A stretch of 20,000 bases of DNA from Thelocarpon superellum. Lineage: Eukaryota. How positions within the stretch are numbered: position 1 is the first letter of the stretch; each line of letters opens with the position of its first letter. Below the pieces are notes generated by a model, which was given only the letters and a program-made list of their open reading frames with translations, was not told the origin of the DNA and made no database searches. Location of the stretch: the NCBI GenBank assembly GCA_026025795.1, contig JAPEUG010000037.1, positions 54,360 to 74,359 of the forward strand, written 5' to 3'. A program made the position numbers and the translations under genes. Below are positions 1 through 11,054 of the stretch, piece after piece.

Positions 1-519
1 CGAGGTGGAGGCATGCTCGGCCCCAAGGCTGGTGAGGTTGACCTGACGAGGATCGTGGCCTCGCGAAGCCGCCGATCGGACCCAGGTGCCCCGAAGAAGT
101 CCCGTCACGTTGCGATACACTGGGAGTTCCTCTAGTGCCTCCATTTCGTCCCGATCTCCCACGGACGTCGTGGCCTCCGTCCGGTTGGCCTCACCGTCGG
201 CCGATGTACCATTCAACCGCCGCAGGCCGGCGGTTCCGAACAGGTGGCGAAGCTGGCGCATGGCAATATCCTGGACTGAGCAGAGTGCATCCCATGCAAA
301 ACCGTCGTCTGGGCGGAGACCGGAGGCATTAAGCCACCGCCCGTGCTCAGTGTCAAGGTCGCCATATCGTGATGTGGCCAGAACCCCGAGGCCTTGCCGC
401 TCGTACCTGAGGACCTCCGTAGGATCGCGTCGTTGCTCGGCCTCAGGCTGCTGCAGGTCGGGCGAAAGGACGAGAACGAGGAGCAGTAGGACCACGAACA
501 CGACCCGCACTGAATCCAT
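1..519 (-). CDS. dscA: DSC E3 ubiquitin ligase complex subunit A / Tul1/Dsc1-like Golgi transmembrane RING ligase, N-terminal part (runs off the window edge)
   Basis: Manual translation from the ATG at 519 is open to base 1: MDSVRVVFVVLLLLVLVLSPD...LATSRYGDLDTEHGRWLNASGLRPDDGFAWDAL...ELPVYRNVTGLLRGTWVRS. It has a hydrophobic signal sequence plus the S.YGD.D....WL...GL...D..AW and PVY.N.TG..RG.W motifs I recognise from filamentous-fungal DscA/Tul1 luminal N-termini. It is absent from the ORF track because it has no stop inside the window. Confidence 0.82.
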   Translation of the reverse strand, partial: MDSVRVVFVVLLLLVLVLSPDLQQPEAEQRRDPTEVLRYERQGLGVLATSRYGDLDTEHGRWLNASGLRPDDGFAWDALCSVQDIAMRQLRHLFGTAGLRRLNGTSADGEANRTEATTSVGDRDEMEALEELPVYRNVTGLLRGTWVRSAASRGHDPRQVNLTSLGAEHASTS

Positions 520-1036
520 GGGTCACGCGTCCCCGCGGATGATCATGGCCGGTCACCCCGCCCCACACTGCCGGTAGAGACAGCAGCTCAGAAGCCAACA
601 GAAGAGTGGAAAACACAGTCAATACCATGTTGAGTCGTTGTGAAGCAGCTCTCAGGCAACAACGCTCCAAGGTCTGCCCGACGTGGGGCAAATCAAGTCA
701 AACACGCTACATTCCCTCGATCGATGGATGACTGATTGCTTACGTAACAACTCTAACCAACATCCGAGCCCCTTTTCTCATCCTGCGCGATGGAACCATG
801 ATCATATGAGAGCTGGCGTATCTTACTATTTACCCGTGTGAAGTAGACCAACGTCTCGTCCACTTATGTGCATGCCAATTCTACGTGAAGAGAGGATCCT
901 AAAGGTTATGCCGAGTGCGATACAAGATCCATGTCGCGGTCAAGACGCTACCCAATATACGCCACGCTGATGCTTTGCTGATAGCAGGATTGGGTCTCTG
1001 GTAGCCATGTCGTGGCCTTCCGTGAGAACGCCGTCG

Positions 1037-3617
1037 TCATCGATGCGTGCGCTGTCGAGTCCGCGTGCCGATGCCACCCACGTCTCGCGCAACGCCAATG
1101 CTCCGTGCCCGGCTCACCCCGATCTCAACCTTCCCACCCATTTTGCGAATCACCCGCTCTCGCTGCTCCTGGACATCGGGGTCGTCATAGATAACTTTCT
1201 GACTAGGCTCGGGGCCGGACTGTTCCAGGAGCGTGGGGATCGTGACAGCGGCAGAAGAAGACTCGACGGAGCTGGCACGCGAGAACGAGGCTGATCGGGC
1301 CGAGCCATTGGATGGCGCACGGCCGAGCAGTCGAGAAGGCGGATTCCGCCGGCTGGATCCTCGCCCTGCCAGCGGCTTCTGCGACGTCCCGTGGCTGGAT
1401 CGCTTGCGAGCAAGCAGTGCGGCGATCGTGGTGCTGATGTCCTCTGCCGGTGGCGAGGGGGAAGGCGAACGAGATGTCGGACCTGAGCCAGGCACCTCAT
1501 CCGCTTTCGAATCCACTGCGGTAGCTGCCTGCATGGCGCGCGATTGCGGTGCCGCGCGACCATGACGCTCATCAGGCACCGCTTCCGCACTTCGAGCGCG
1601 CGACGTCCGCTCGCCGAGCCGGAACGGCTCGCGGTCCGGTTCCAGGCACACGTCGGGCTCGGCCATGTTCGGGACATCACGTCCGATATGTTGCGCCTGG
1701 AGGTCACTGGCAGGTCTGTGGGTCAATACGTCTCGATTTCGAGCGTCGGGCAAGATGTAGGGATCAAAGGGCTGTATCACGCCGTCCCCGACGCTGTCCC
1801 ACAGCCACGCTGCAGATACCACAGGCACGTGCCAGTCCAGCGCATGCTGCAACTTCTCCGAGTGAGGCGTAGCCGTGTTGCTAATTAGCACGGATGCTTG
1901 CGGCGACAGGTACTCGTCGTACGTCGCACCTAGTATGTTTCAGCGCGTGCTCATCACAGGCTGAGGCGAAATGGGAGTGCGGGACACGCACCCATAAGTC
2001 GGACCACCTTGGACAGGTGCAGTAGATCTACCCCGCTGAACGCGGTCGAGCAAATGGTCATCGTGTTGAAGCCTGGTGGTCGCGTCAATACCTACCGACT
2101 GTGGTGATAGCGTCGTGAGGGGTCAGCCAACCATTTAGGGGAAAGACGTGAAAGGGCCGACTGGTGACATCCGCCAAGGGATCAACCCATTTCCGGTGAT
2201 GCAGACATCGCTCGATCCACCATTCTGTCACTGTGACAGTAGGCCTCTCTGAGGCGGATAGCTCGTCATTGGGGACAGATGGTGTGTCGTGGGGAACGAC
2301 AAGGTAGGAGCTGGATCGCGACGTCTCTACGATAGGCGATACATCCGAGGTAAGACACGGTAGAAGTTTGGCACCATGAGACCGGAGATGCTCTTCAAGA
2401 ATGCTGGTCTGGATCATGGTTAGCTTGGTGGCGCATGATCACACTGCCTCCAACTGGCCTACCTTCTTGCCGTCGAAGCCACGCAGAAAGAAGCAGCAGC
2501 CATGAAAGATACCGTGATGGTTCGGCAGAGTCGTCGGAAGTGTTGTATGCTTCTCCTCTCCACCCCCCTCGTTACCTTGGGCGCGCGAACGAGAACGAAG
2601 AGCGCCCTCGCCATCATCCCACTGCGCACTGGTCTCCTCAGCATCGGCAAAGCCACCCCCAACAATGTCATTCCATATGCCAGAATTCTGACTTTGGAGC
2701 TTAGTCGACGCCGTACGGCGCAGCTTTCTCCGTCTCAGCCCATCTCCATTCCCAGGCTCCTCCCGAAGCACCGTGTCCCGCGCATGTTTGCCCAGCGATG
2801 TGATCGAGGTGGACGGGCGTACCCACGAGTGCTTGCCACGCTCCTCGACAGGCAAGAGCGGATCGTACAGGGCTTCGTCCAAGATCATGCCACGCTCGGT
2901 GCTATCATTCAGCCATTCCAATGACACGATTCGCAAGCCCCAGAGACGAGCGTATTTGAACTTGTCACCTTCCGTCTTATTGGCTAAGAGGTGGGTCACG
3001 CTCTTGGTCAGGTCGCCGTGGTATTCCGCGCCATGGCCGGCGATGATGGTCTGTAGGTGCTGGCGCTCATGGGCTGGGCACGCACATGAGCGAGAGGCCG
3101 GCAGAGAGGTGCAGTGAATCGGACGTACCATCGTCAAAGCCGGTCAAACAAATTCGGAGTCCAGCTAGCGCGGGGCGCCGATAGTCTTCCTCCAGCTCAC
3201 GCACGTCAATGAGCTCACCCGCCATCCAGAGCTGGCGGATGGCTTCGACCCATTCGATGCGCAGCACCTTCACATCGGGTCGCTCCTTGGCCACGTATTT
3301 GTATTTGGGAGTATCGGAATCGCCGACGATCAGGTGGGTGACGTCGGAGGTGAGGTCCAACTTATGAATGGCTCCCATCTGCTCCACACGAGACGCCAAT
3401 TCCGACTAGCATGCAGAGCATCAGCGTCGCCAAGAACGATGGCCATGGCGGCGTCTGTGGCAAGGAATCACTTACCCGCTGCTCGGGGGGGACGGACGTA
3501 CAGCACAAGATAACCCCGCGTAGGGGCTCCGAGGAGCCAGCTACATGACTGCATTAGCGTTGTGATCGATCGATCATGCGCGGTGCACTACGTACCATGC
3601 TCCTCCTCCTCAGCCAT
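1037..3617 (-). CDS. rad4: Multi-BRCT DNA replication initiation/checkpoint scaffold (Rad4/Cut5, Dpb11, TopBP1 family), about 741 aa, 7 exons
   Basis: Exons 3617-3596, 3540-3476, 3405-3129, 3073-2463, 2408-2132, 2072-1992 and 1929-1037. All six introns are GT..AG (54-70 nt) and the phases join into one frame (2226 nt). Four BRCT-like repeats: PLRGVILCCTS..MGA..DLTSDVTHLIVG..W; LAGLRICLTGF..GAEYHGDLTKSVTHL..WL; FHGCCFFLRGF..VTEWWIERCL; MTICSTAFSG..GATYDEYL..VVSAAWLWD. The C-terminus carries PEPSQKVIYDDPD. Confidence 0.88.
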
Positions 3618-3681
3618 GTTCCAAGCAAGTGTGCGGTGGAGCAATGGCCCAGCTTCTCGATCATCAACGACTCACATCTCG

Positions 3682-3736
3682 GCGCGTGTCCGGCTGGAAA
3701 CGCGAGGCGCGGGGCCCCAAGACTCTATCACGTGAC
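3682..3736. promoter_or_regulatory. Candidate promoter elements upstream of the BRCT gene: three CGCG (MCB-like) cores and an E-box ATCACGTGAC
   Basis: GCGCGT at 3682-3687, AAACGCGA at 3698-3705, GGCGCGG at 3706-3712 and ATCACGTGAC at 3727-3736, all 65-120 nt upstream of the start codon at 3617. Confidence 0.4.
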
Positions 3737-4589
3737 TGCTTGGCACCATTCGCTTGCTAGGATCCTTAGTCATATCTCGAAGAGCCCTTGACCAAGATCG
3801 TGCTGAGGGCCAGCGAGTTGAGGTGTAGGCATTACTCGTGCATAGCTTTCATTGCGTCACACCACACATAGCTCGGCTGCCACAAATCCGGAAGTAATGC
3901 TCCTATTGAGCTCTTTTCGCTCAAAGGGGCCATCTCCTCGGTGTCATCAGTCGTTCGCAAAGATACACCCCCACAACACCCGTTCTGGTCCATATGCTTG
4001 ACAATCCTGTCAACCGTCAGAACGTGGTGCACGTGCATGCAGGATCGTGAGTCAAAGACCTTCAAGAGCACCTTAAGCGAAGAGGTTCCAGGTAAGACCG
4101 CCTTGTCCGGTTGCGTTGTGGCGGGGTCGGAGATAGCTCCAAGATTAGCGGGGTACGAGTCTATTGTCTGGAACCGCGAAGATCAGCCCGACACACCATC
4201 CGCTCACGGAGACATGTCCGCAGGACTGTCAAGTGCCAAGGACATGGCTTTTAGACATCCGACAAACACATGTTCGGGGTTTCTTTATTTTGGAGAACTC
4301 GTTAGGTGGGCCTAGGCATGATGCCCATGATAGACTGGGGCGTGGCACGTAATAGCGAAGTGTTCTACGCGGTAGCGTGGAGGGCAGGCTCGGCATTGGT
4401 CTTGTTCGTACTCACAGTCCGTGCGACTGCTGCCAAAACCGGAGTTGGGCGACTGCAGAAGTATTGGCCATTCGTACTCGCGGCTCAGCGTAAGCAGGGC
4501 CAAAGTACCGGAAGCGACCCTGGGATCGCCTGAATTGCAGGAGCCCTGCACCAGCTCCGCTGCGGCGTTTCGTCATCCAAGTCACCTAG

Positions 4590-4657
4590 CCTGCACCCAA
4601 CCTGCACCCAACCTACACCCAACCTGCACCCAACCTACACCCAACCTGCACCCAACC
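4590..4657. repeat. 11-bp minisatellite (CCTRCACCCAA)x6
   Basis: Six consecutive units at 4590-4655, differing only at position 4 (G,G,A,G,A,G), followed by a partial CC. Confidence 0.95.
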
Positions 4658-5320
4658 AGACAGCACAACACCATCGCTGCCTTCATCTCGGCCACCTCTC
4701 GCCCGGTGGCCAGCGTGAGTCCGACCGCTGGATTGACCGACCCTCAACCTGTTGTCGATTCTCGTCCTGCGTGTCCGGACAAGTTTTCAAGGTATCGATG
4801 CCTCGTTACGAGGGAGTCGCATGACATCGAATCTCGCTTCTCCATTATCGTCCAGGCGACTGCGATTCCCCGCGCATCCCATAACGATCCTGCGAGTCCG
4901 AGGCTCTGGCAAAGGGCAGGCCTTGGCATTATCAGAGAAGATTCGCCGCCTAGTCTTGATCCCGCGCGAATCCGCTGCGTCGTCGGCCACGGAGATACGA
5001 GCGCCGAGCGATGCCATAACTACATCCGGTGAGGAGATTGTTTTCCGTCGTGCACGCCCATGCCCAAGTCCCTCCATCAGCCTTCGCTTGCTTCCGTGGG
5101 TGCTCGGCGTGCCCTGCGTGTGCCCCTCGCGGCGGCATCGCCTGGTCATGACGCACTGTTGCCATTCCACTTTCGCTTTTTATGAATTGGACCCACTGCA
5201 AGGAAGATCCCTTGGTCATTGCCACGTCTACCTGCACAGCCGCCCCTCGCGGCAACGTCTTTCGTGTCTCTCTCCATGTCGCCTCTCGTGAGTGATCATC
5301 GTCGCTGACAGAAGCCCATC

Positions 5321-7832
5321 ATGGCGGCCGCCGCGATTCAGATCTACTCGCGCAGCGGAGCCTTGTTCTACACCCCCCCGGATCCCTACGATAGCGCAGG
5401 CGACGACGACTTCGTGACCCCGACGCTGTACAGTGGACGCGGGCGACGTCCTCATAGCATCCACGTCCGAAGCTTGCCCCCTGTGGATCCACGCTCCCTT
5501 CAACCGCCCCCGCCGCCATTGAAGCGGGAGCAGTCCTTTACCAAACGCCTCGCTCGCTCCAGAAACAGTGCCAAACGATTGATCCGCTCTGTAATCTCTT
5601 CCGCCAACCTCAAGGCCGCGGCCACGGCCACACCTGCTGTGGACACACTACCCCTTCCCGGAGCCATCACGCCCCCGCTCATCCCCTCCCCCCAACCTCG
5701 GGCGCCCCGCACGCCTCCCACACCCGAGATGTCGACCGACGGAACTCGGGCGCGTGGGTCCTCGCTGGGAGCACCTCCCAATGGATCCAATACGCGTCCC
5801 ACGCTGGGAGAGCATGTGCGATCGACGTCGGGCTTCTCCACGTCAAGTACGAACAGCGGTCGTTCGGTCTCGCCCATGCCTGCGATGGAGGAGAAGCCGG
5901 TGGCGTCTGGCAATGGCATCGCCGTCTATGTCACGCTGGCCGAACCGGTGCTCTTTCTGCAAGGCTTCGAGCCGTCAGATGTGCATACGCGCACGACGTC
6001 GATGCTGCGCGGAAGTTTGGTGGTCAAGCTCGCCAAGAGCACCAAGATCAAGGCCATCACCTTGACCTTCCGCGGGAAGGCAAGGACGGAGTGGCCCGAG
6101 GGCATCCCTCCGCGGAAGGTTGATTTCTTTGAAGAAGAGACGATCAACCGCCACACTTGGCCCTTCTTCAACGCTCAGTTCCCCACGGCCGAGCAAGGTC
6201 ATTGTGCCGACTACTGCCGCGTCGCCAAACCGCACGGCGGCTCGGGACCGACCTTGCAGGTACCCAGCTCTGGGCGACTGGCCTTTGATCACTTCGCCAG
6301 CCCGGCTCTCGTCGAACCGGACTGCTCCATGTCCAAGGAACAGAAGCGCCTCTCACTCCAGCTCCACTACTCCAAGAGCATCGGTCGAGGCGAGACGCCT
6401 TCGGTGGCGCAGCGCGGCTATCGAACCTTCGCTGCCGGCGACTACGTCTACAACTTTGAGCTCCCGATTGACAGCCGGTTACCGGAATCGATGAATGTCG
6501 AGCTGGGCAATGTCAAGTATGAGCTAGAGGCCATGATCGAACGAGCCGGTGCGTTCCGGGCCAACCTGGTGGGCAAGAAGGAGGTCACTCTCATCCGCAC
6601 CCCGTCCGAGACCTCGCTCGAGACGGTCGAGCCCATCGCCATCAGTCGGAATTGGGAGGACCAGCTACACTACGACATCGTCATCTCGGGCAAATCTTTT
6701 CCCCTCGGCGCGCAAGTTCCCATCGCCTTCAAGCTGACCCCCCTCGCCAAGGTGCAGTGCCATCGGATCAAGGTATTTGTGACGGAAAATGTCGAATACC
6801 ACTGCGCCAACCGCACCGTGCGTCGACTTGAGCCCACCAAGAAGATCCAGCTGTTCGAAAAACGGGCCGATGGGCCCTCCTCCAGCGCCTATCCCGGATC
6901 CACCGTGCGTATCCTGTCCGGCGGCGGCATCGACTACGATTCTCGGGCTGCGGCGGCGCAAGGCGATGAGCTCGTGCCGCGCGACATGACCAATCTCTTG
7001 GGAAATCTCAATGGGGAGCAGAACATTGGGCCGACGGAGATGGAATTCAGCGTGCAGCTGCCCAACTGTGCGACGATGAAGGAAAAGGATCGCTTGCACC
7101 GGCTTCATTCGGACACCACCTACTCCAACATCCAGGTGCATCATTGGATCAAGGTCAGTCCCTCGTCGCCTGTTTCCCGCGCTCCTCTCTCCGCGCACGT
7201 GGCTAACGGGCTCAATCCAGATCGTGATGCGCCTTTCCAGACCGGATACCAATGATCCCTCTAAACGTCGGCATTTTGAGATCTCCATCGATTCTCCCTT
7301 CCACATTCTCTCCTGCTTGGCGACGCAGGCGAACATTGCCTTACCGGCCTACTCCAATTCAGACGGGCAGGTGGCGGGAGACATTGGCTCGAATGAGTGC
7401 GGGTGTCCCGGGGCCGCCCGTCGGCCCGAGCCCATCACCTCCTACCTTCACCCCTTAGAGCATCCATTGGCATCGTCCATGTCGTCGGAGGAACCGGCGC
7501 CGCCGCCCATGGCCCACCTGGACGCGAGCCACAACGGGGCGGTGCAGCGACCGATCCACCTGCTCCGCGGCCCCTCCTTCAATCCGCCAGCCTTTGACGC
7601 CGAAGACCCACCGCCGCCCATGATCACGCCTCCGCCGGACTACGACACCGTTGTGGGCGCGGGCGAGGGCCTGGCAGACTATTTTGCGCGCTTAGCCGAC
7701 GAGGTCGGTGAGGACAGCGACGAGGATCAGCGGGGACGGGGTCGAATCGACGTGCCGCTGACGCCCGGGGGACGTTTGAACCGTAGCATGGACGAACGCC
7801 GGACATGGGCGCCGCTGGGACACGCGGCTTAG
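5321..7832 (+). CDS. ALY2: Alpha-arrestin (ART family Rsp5/HulA ubiquitin-ligase adaptor), Aly1/Aly2-like, about 814 aa, 2 exons
   Basis: Exon 1 is 5321-7153. The intron is 7154-7220 (AAG|GTCAGT..GCTAAC..CAG). Exon 2 is 7221-7832 (TAG). Arrestin N and C domain motifs: LAEPVLFLQG, LRGSLVVK..TKIKAITLTFRGKARTEWPEGIPP, HTWPFF, GDYVYNFELPI...LPES, NWEDQLHYDIVISGK, VHHWIK|IVMRLS..RRHFEISIDSPFHILSC. PY-type motifs LPAY and PPDY lie in the tail. The true start could be a downstream Met. Confidence 0.88.
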
Positions 7833-8317
7833 AGCGAGCTCCCTTCGTGGCAGTGCGACGGTTCGCTTCCTCTCGCAATCTCCCTTTCGTCGCACCTCTT
7901 GAGACGTGAACGATGTCTGCGATGACCTCTGACCCCTTCTGCATTGGATCTAGCGACATTTTCGCGGCGTGCTAGACCTGGTGACATCTATTTCAGCATC
8001 GTGGGATGGTCTCTTACGGGGGCTTGAACATCGTGGCGTTTGGGTGCTTGACCTACGAAACACCATGAATCTAGCGATGCAACCATCAGTCGGGAACTGC
8101 GAAATTTTGTCGGAGAAACGGCTACGATATTTTAAGATGGCGCACGTAGCACGCGTTGATCTAGGCGTTTGGAAGCAAAGCAGGTCTTGGAACAGCGTGC
8201 GTGAAACTGTCTCAGGCGGCGATGACCGTGTGACGACGGCTTAAGACGGCAGAAGAAGCTACGGGCGATGTCGACAAACATGGCGGATGTGTATCGTCTA
8301 TGGTGTCTGACCTGTGG

Positions 8318-8369
8318 CGCCTGATACTTGATGCTTGATGCCTGGTGCCTCATGCTTGGTGCTTGGTGC
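8318..8369. repeat. Degenerate 7-bp tandem repeat (TGCYTGR-like) x7
   Basis: cgcctga tacttga tgcttga tgcctgg tgcctca tgcttgg tgcttgg tgc. Confidence 0.8.
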
Positions 8370-11054
8370 ATCAGAGACCACGCCGTCGCCGCAGCACGAT
8401 CGATTCATCGACGCATAGCACGAAGGATATTTCAGGAAACGAACGTGTCGCGAAGTTTGTTCTCTCCGACCGCGTGTGTCGCAGGCTCAAGGCTAACTTC
8501 ATGCTTGACCACTCCCATCTTGAGCCACGCCGTCTTGATGTCACGATTGCCTCTCATGGTATGCTCTGTCTAATACTATCGCTGGTAACAGGAGATAAGT
8601 ACTCGTGAGACGGAGCCACGCACGACCTCCCCTCAAGACCGCTGTTGGTGGTGACCCATGAGTACATAATTCCGTCTCTTGAAACGCGGGAATGTGCGGA
8701 GTCCAAAGGTCGGCCTCTTGATCTAGTTCAGTAAATCGGTGACAAGGTCGACGTCGGCGGGGAGAGGTAGCAACAAAGGCGTCACTGTGCTACTGTTTGC
8801 ATCGACTCAGCGTGGAAGGAAACAGTGCGCGGACGACGTAGGATGCAAGTTTGTGGGGTGCTTCTCATATACTTCCGAGCAATACGAGGAGGTGCGAGTA
8901 CGGAGAGCTCCGGCTGCTCCGCCCACCTGCCAAGTAGGGTATGGGTGCTGTGGCAGAACGTGCCCGCCTAGTCTGGAAATCATCCACAAAATGGAAACCT
9001 CAGCGCCACGGATCAAGAAAGGCTGCCCCGAGCTGTTTCGGCTGAGGCGACGCGAGTCTATGCATAGCCAGCGGATGACCTGTGCGGTCTTTCGCCACGC
9101 GTGCGCCGCATCATGGTGACGACAACACTACGGCGTGTAAGATGAATTCTCATGCGTGCCCCACCTCGCATCCTGCAGGAAGCGATCGGATGGCTGGGGG
9201 CTCCACTGCCTGGGCGATTGTGGGGTGCACACGTCCCCACGAGGTTGATTCATCCGTTTGATCCACATCAGATACCACTGGACGGTGCCTACGAGTACAT
9301 GGGCGAGCACAGAAACGGTGGCGTCAAGTCGTGACGAGATTGACGCGATGCATCATCTTACTGGCAGCTGCCAACACGGCAGACGACGATAGGATGGCTG
9401 TCATTTCAGTTGCTTGGGGCTGGAAACGGGAGACGCATGCTAGGGCAAGTTGACCAACTTGATCATTCACGCGGCAAATTCTTTGCTCGGCAGCCGTCGA
9501 TTCAAGAGATTTTGACCGGTTGGCTTGCCGAGACGGAAGACGGGATTGACCGTACCCACATTGGCACGACATACTCGTACGGGTAGGCTAGAACGCTGGG
9601 CCGACGAGTAGAATGGTGGAAAGTGGTACCAACGAGTCGTGCCTTGGCGTCATGCTCGCAACAAAGCGGCAGATAAGCTCGATTGATCCGTCGCTCAAGA
9701 ACAGAAGTCAGGACGACGACTCGTCACTTCCCGCCCGCTATCGTCGCCAGGGTAAGCTGTGATGTGATCATGTCAAGGCTTTGGCCCGCCCAGCCTGTTG
9801 GGCCTGGGTGGGGGGGCGGGGGACTCAGACGTGGTAGCGGCGGAGGTGCGCGGGACCAATCCGCGAGCCGCTCTGGGCCGAAACGTTAGTGGCGTGGTCA
9901 AGCGAGCGTTCGTGAAACTTATAGGCCCTTCTACTGCACAATAAGATATGCCAGGTACGAGGTGCGCAGCGCCGGCTCTTACTGGGTCAAGTGTCGCCGT
10001 GCGTGCGCCCTCCCTCCACTCGTGCCGGACGCCACGCGGATGGGGTCGGCCAGCCAGCGTCGCGCACGGTACCTCGCGAGCGTGACGAGCCTGCACAGCG
10101 TGCACTGCGGCTGACGGGTGCGGTGCAACCAGGCAGTGCCTACAGAAGCGTGCAGAAAGCACCCAGCCGCGAGAAGCATGGGCATCGTAGTCGCATCTGC
10201 CGTCGTTGTGGCCGCCGTGGCAGTCGTGTTTGCAATCGCAGTCGGTAGTTGTCCTGGTTGTCGACGACAGGAATACGAGTAGTTTCGCCTTCGTCCCGGA
10301 AGCGGCACGCCCCTTTGCGCATCCGTCCTCCTCATCTTCTAGCCGTGCTAACGGCACAGCCGCCGCCCATGGCTTGCAGATCGCTCCTGACCCTGCCCAG
10401 CCGCCCAGCGGCGCCTGAACACCCAGGCCCCGCCCCAACCCTCACCACCCTCGCTGCCCTCTCCGCCGCCAGGTCGGAACAGGGCTAGCGCGAAGCCTCC
10501 CCCCCTGGACTATTCCGACCAACCTGCTCAGGCTGCACACGCTTCACGTCCCAGCCAGGGCCCCTCCGTCCCTAGCGGCCATGCCACCACCGACCAAACG
10601 CTTGGCTGCCCTCGAACGCGCTAGACTCCCCCGTTCCTGGACCCGACTCTATGCCTCCGTGCGAGGGGCCCATGAACGCTGGGGCGCACTGATCAATGCC
10701 TTGCCGGGCGTGTATCTGAATAGATCTCACCACGCCAATGACCTGTCGGCTGACCCCAGCATCTGCAATCGTGTCACCATAAGAGCCATGTGTCGTTGCT
10801 CCCTACCACCTTGGCTTCGTTTTCCATTGTTTCTGTGATCATCCGCCCTCAGCAGACACTGACACCCTCTCTCCTCTCCATTCTCGAGACAGCAGCGCTG
10901 TTTCCCCTTTGCTGTACCCGTGACGTTCGAAATCGGCACCGCCGCCCTTAACTTGACCTTTCGTCCCGCGATCCCGGATTCAAGGCAGCCTGGAGGCCGT
11001 GGTGGAACTTGACAAGATTAGCTATCCTGGCGTTGGCCGAGGATCATTCCGTGC

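Noticed and set aside
86..577. Plus-strand ORFs of 163 aa and 65 aa
   Set aside because: Antisense shadows of the dscA-like CDS; Arg/Ser-rich with no recognisable domain.
2073..2131. Intron 5 of the BRCT gene resembles a [D1,2] stwintron (removing an internal GTTGGC..CACAG would create G|TCGGT)
   Set aside because: The two sub-introns would be only ~33 and ~27 nt, too short, and double excision would shift the frame. Single 59-nt excision keeps the BRCT frame.
4240..4300. GGCTTTTAG followed by an Sm-site-like ATTTTGG, suggestive of U5 snRNA
   Set aside because: It does not match the invariant U5 loop I GCCTTTTAC, and no supporting stem is evident.
3832..5291. Several ORFs of 60-203 aa in the rad4/arrestin intergenic region, including one reading through the minisatellite
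   Set aside because: Mostly non-ATG starts, no motifs and no coherent splice model; expected by chance in GC-rich DNA.
9773..10488. Overlapping ORFs up to 221 aa in the long intergenic region
   Set aside because: Low-complexity GC-driven ORFs on both strands with no domain signature.
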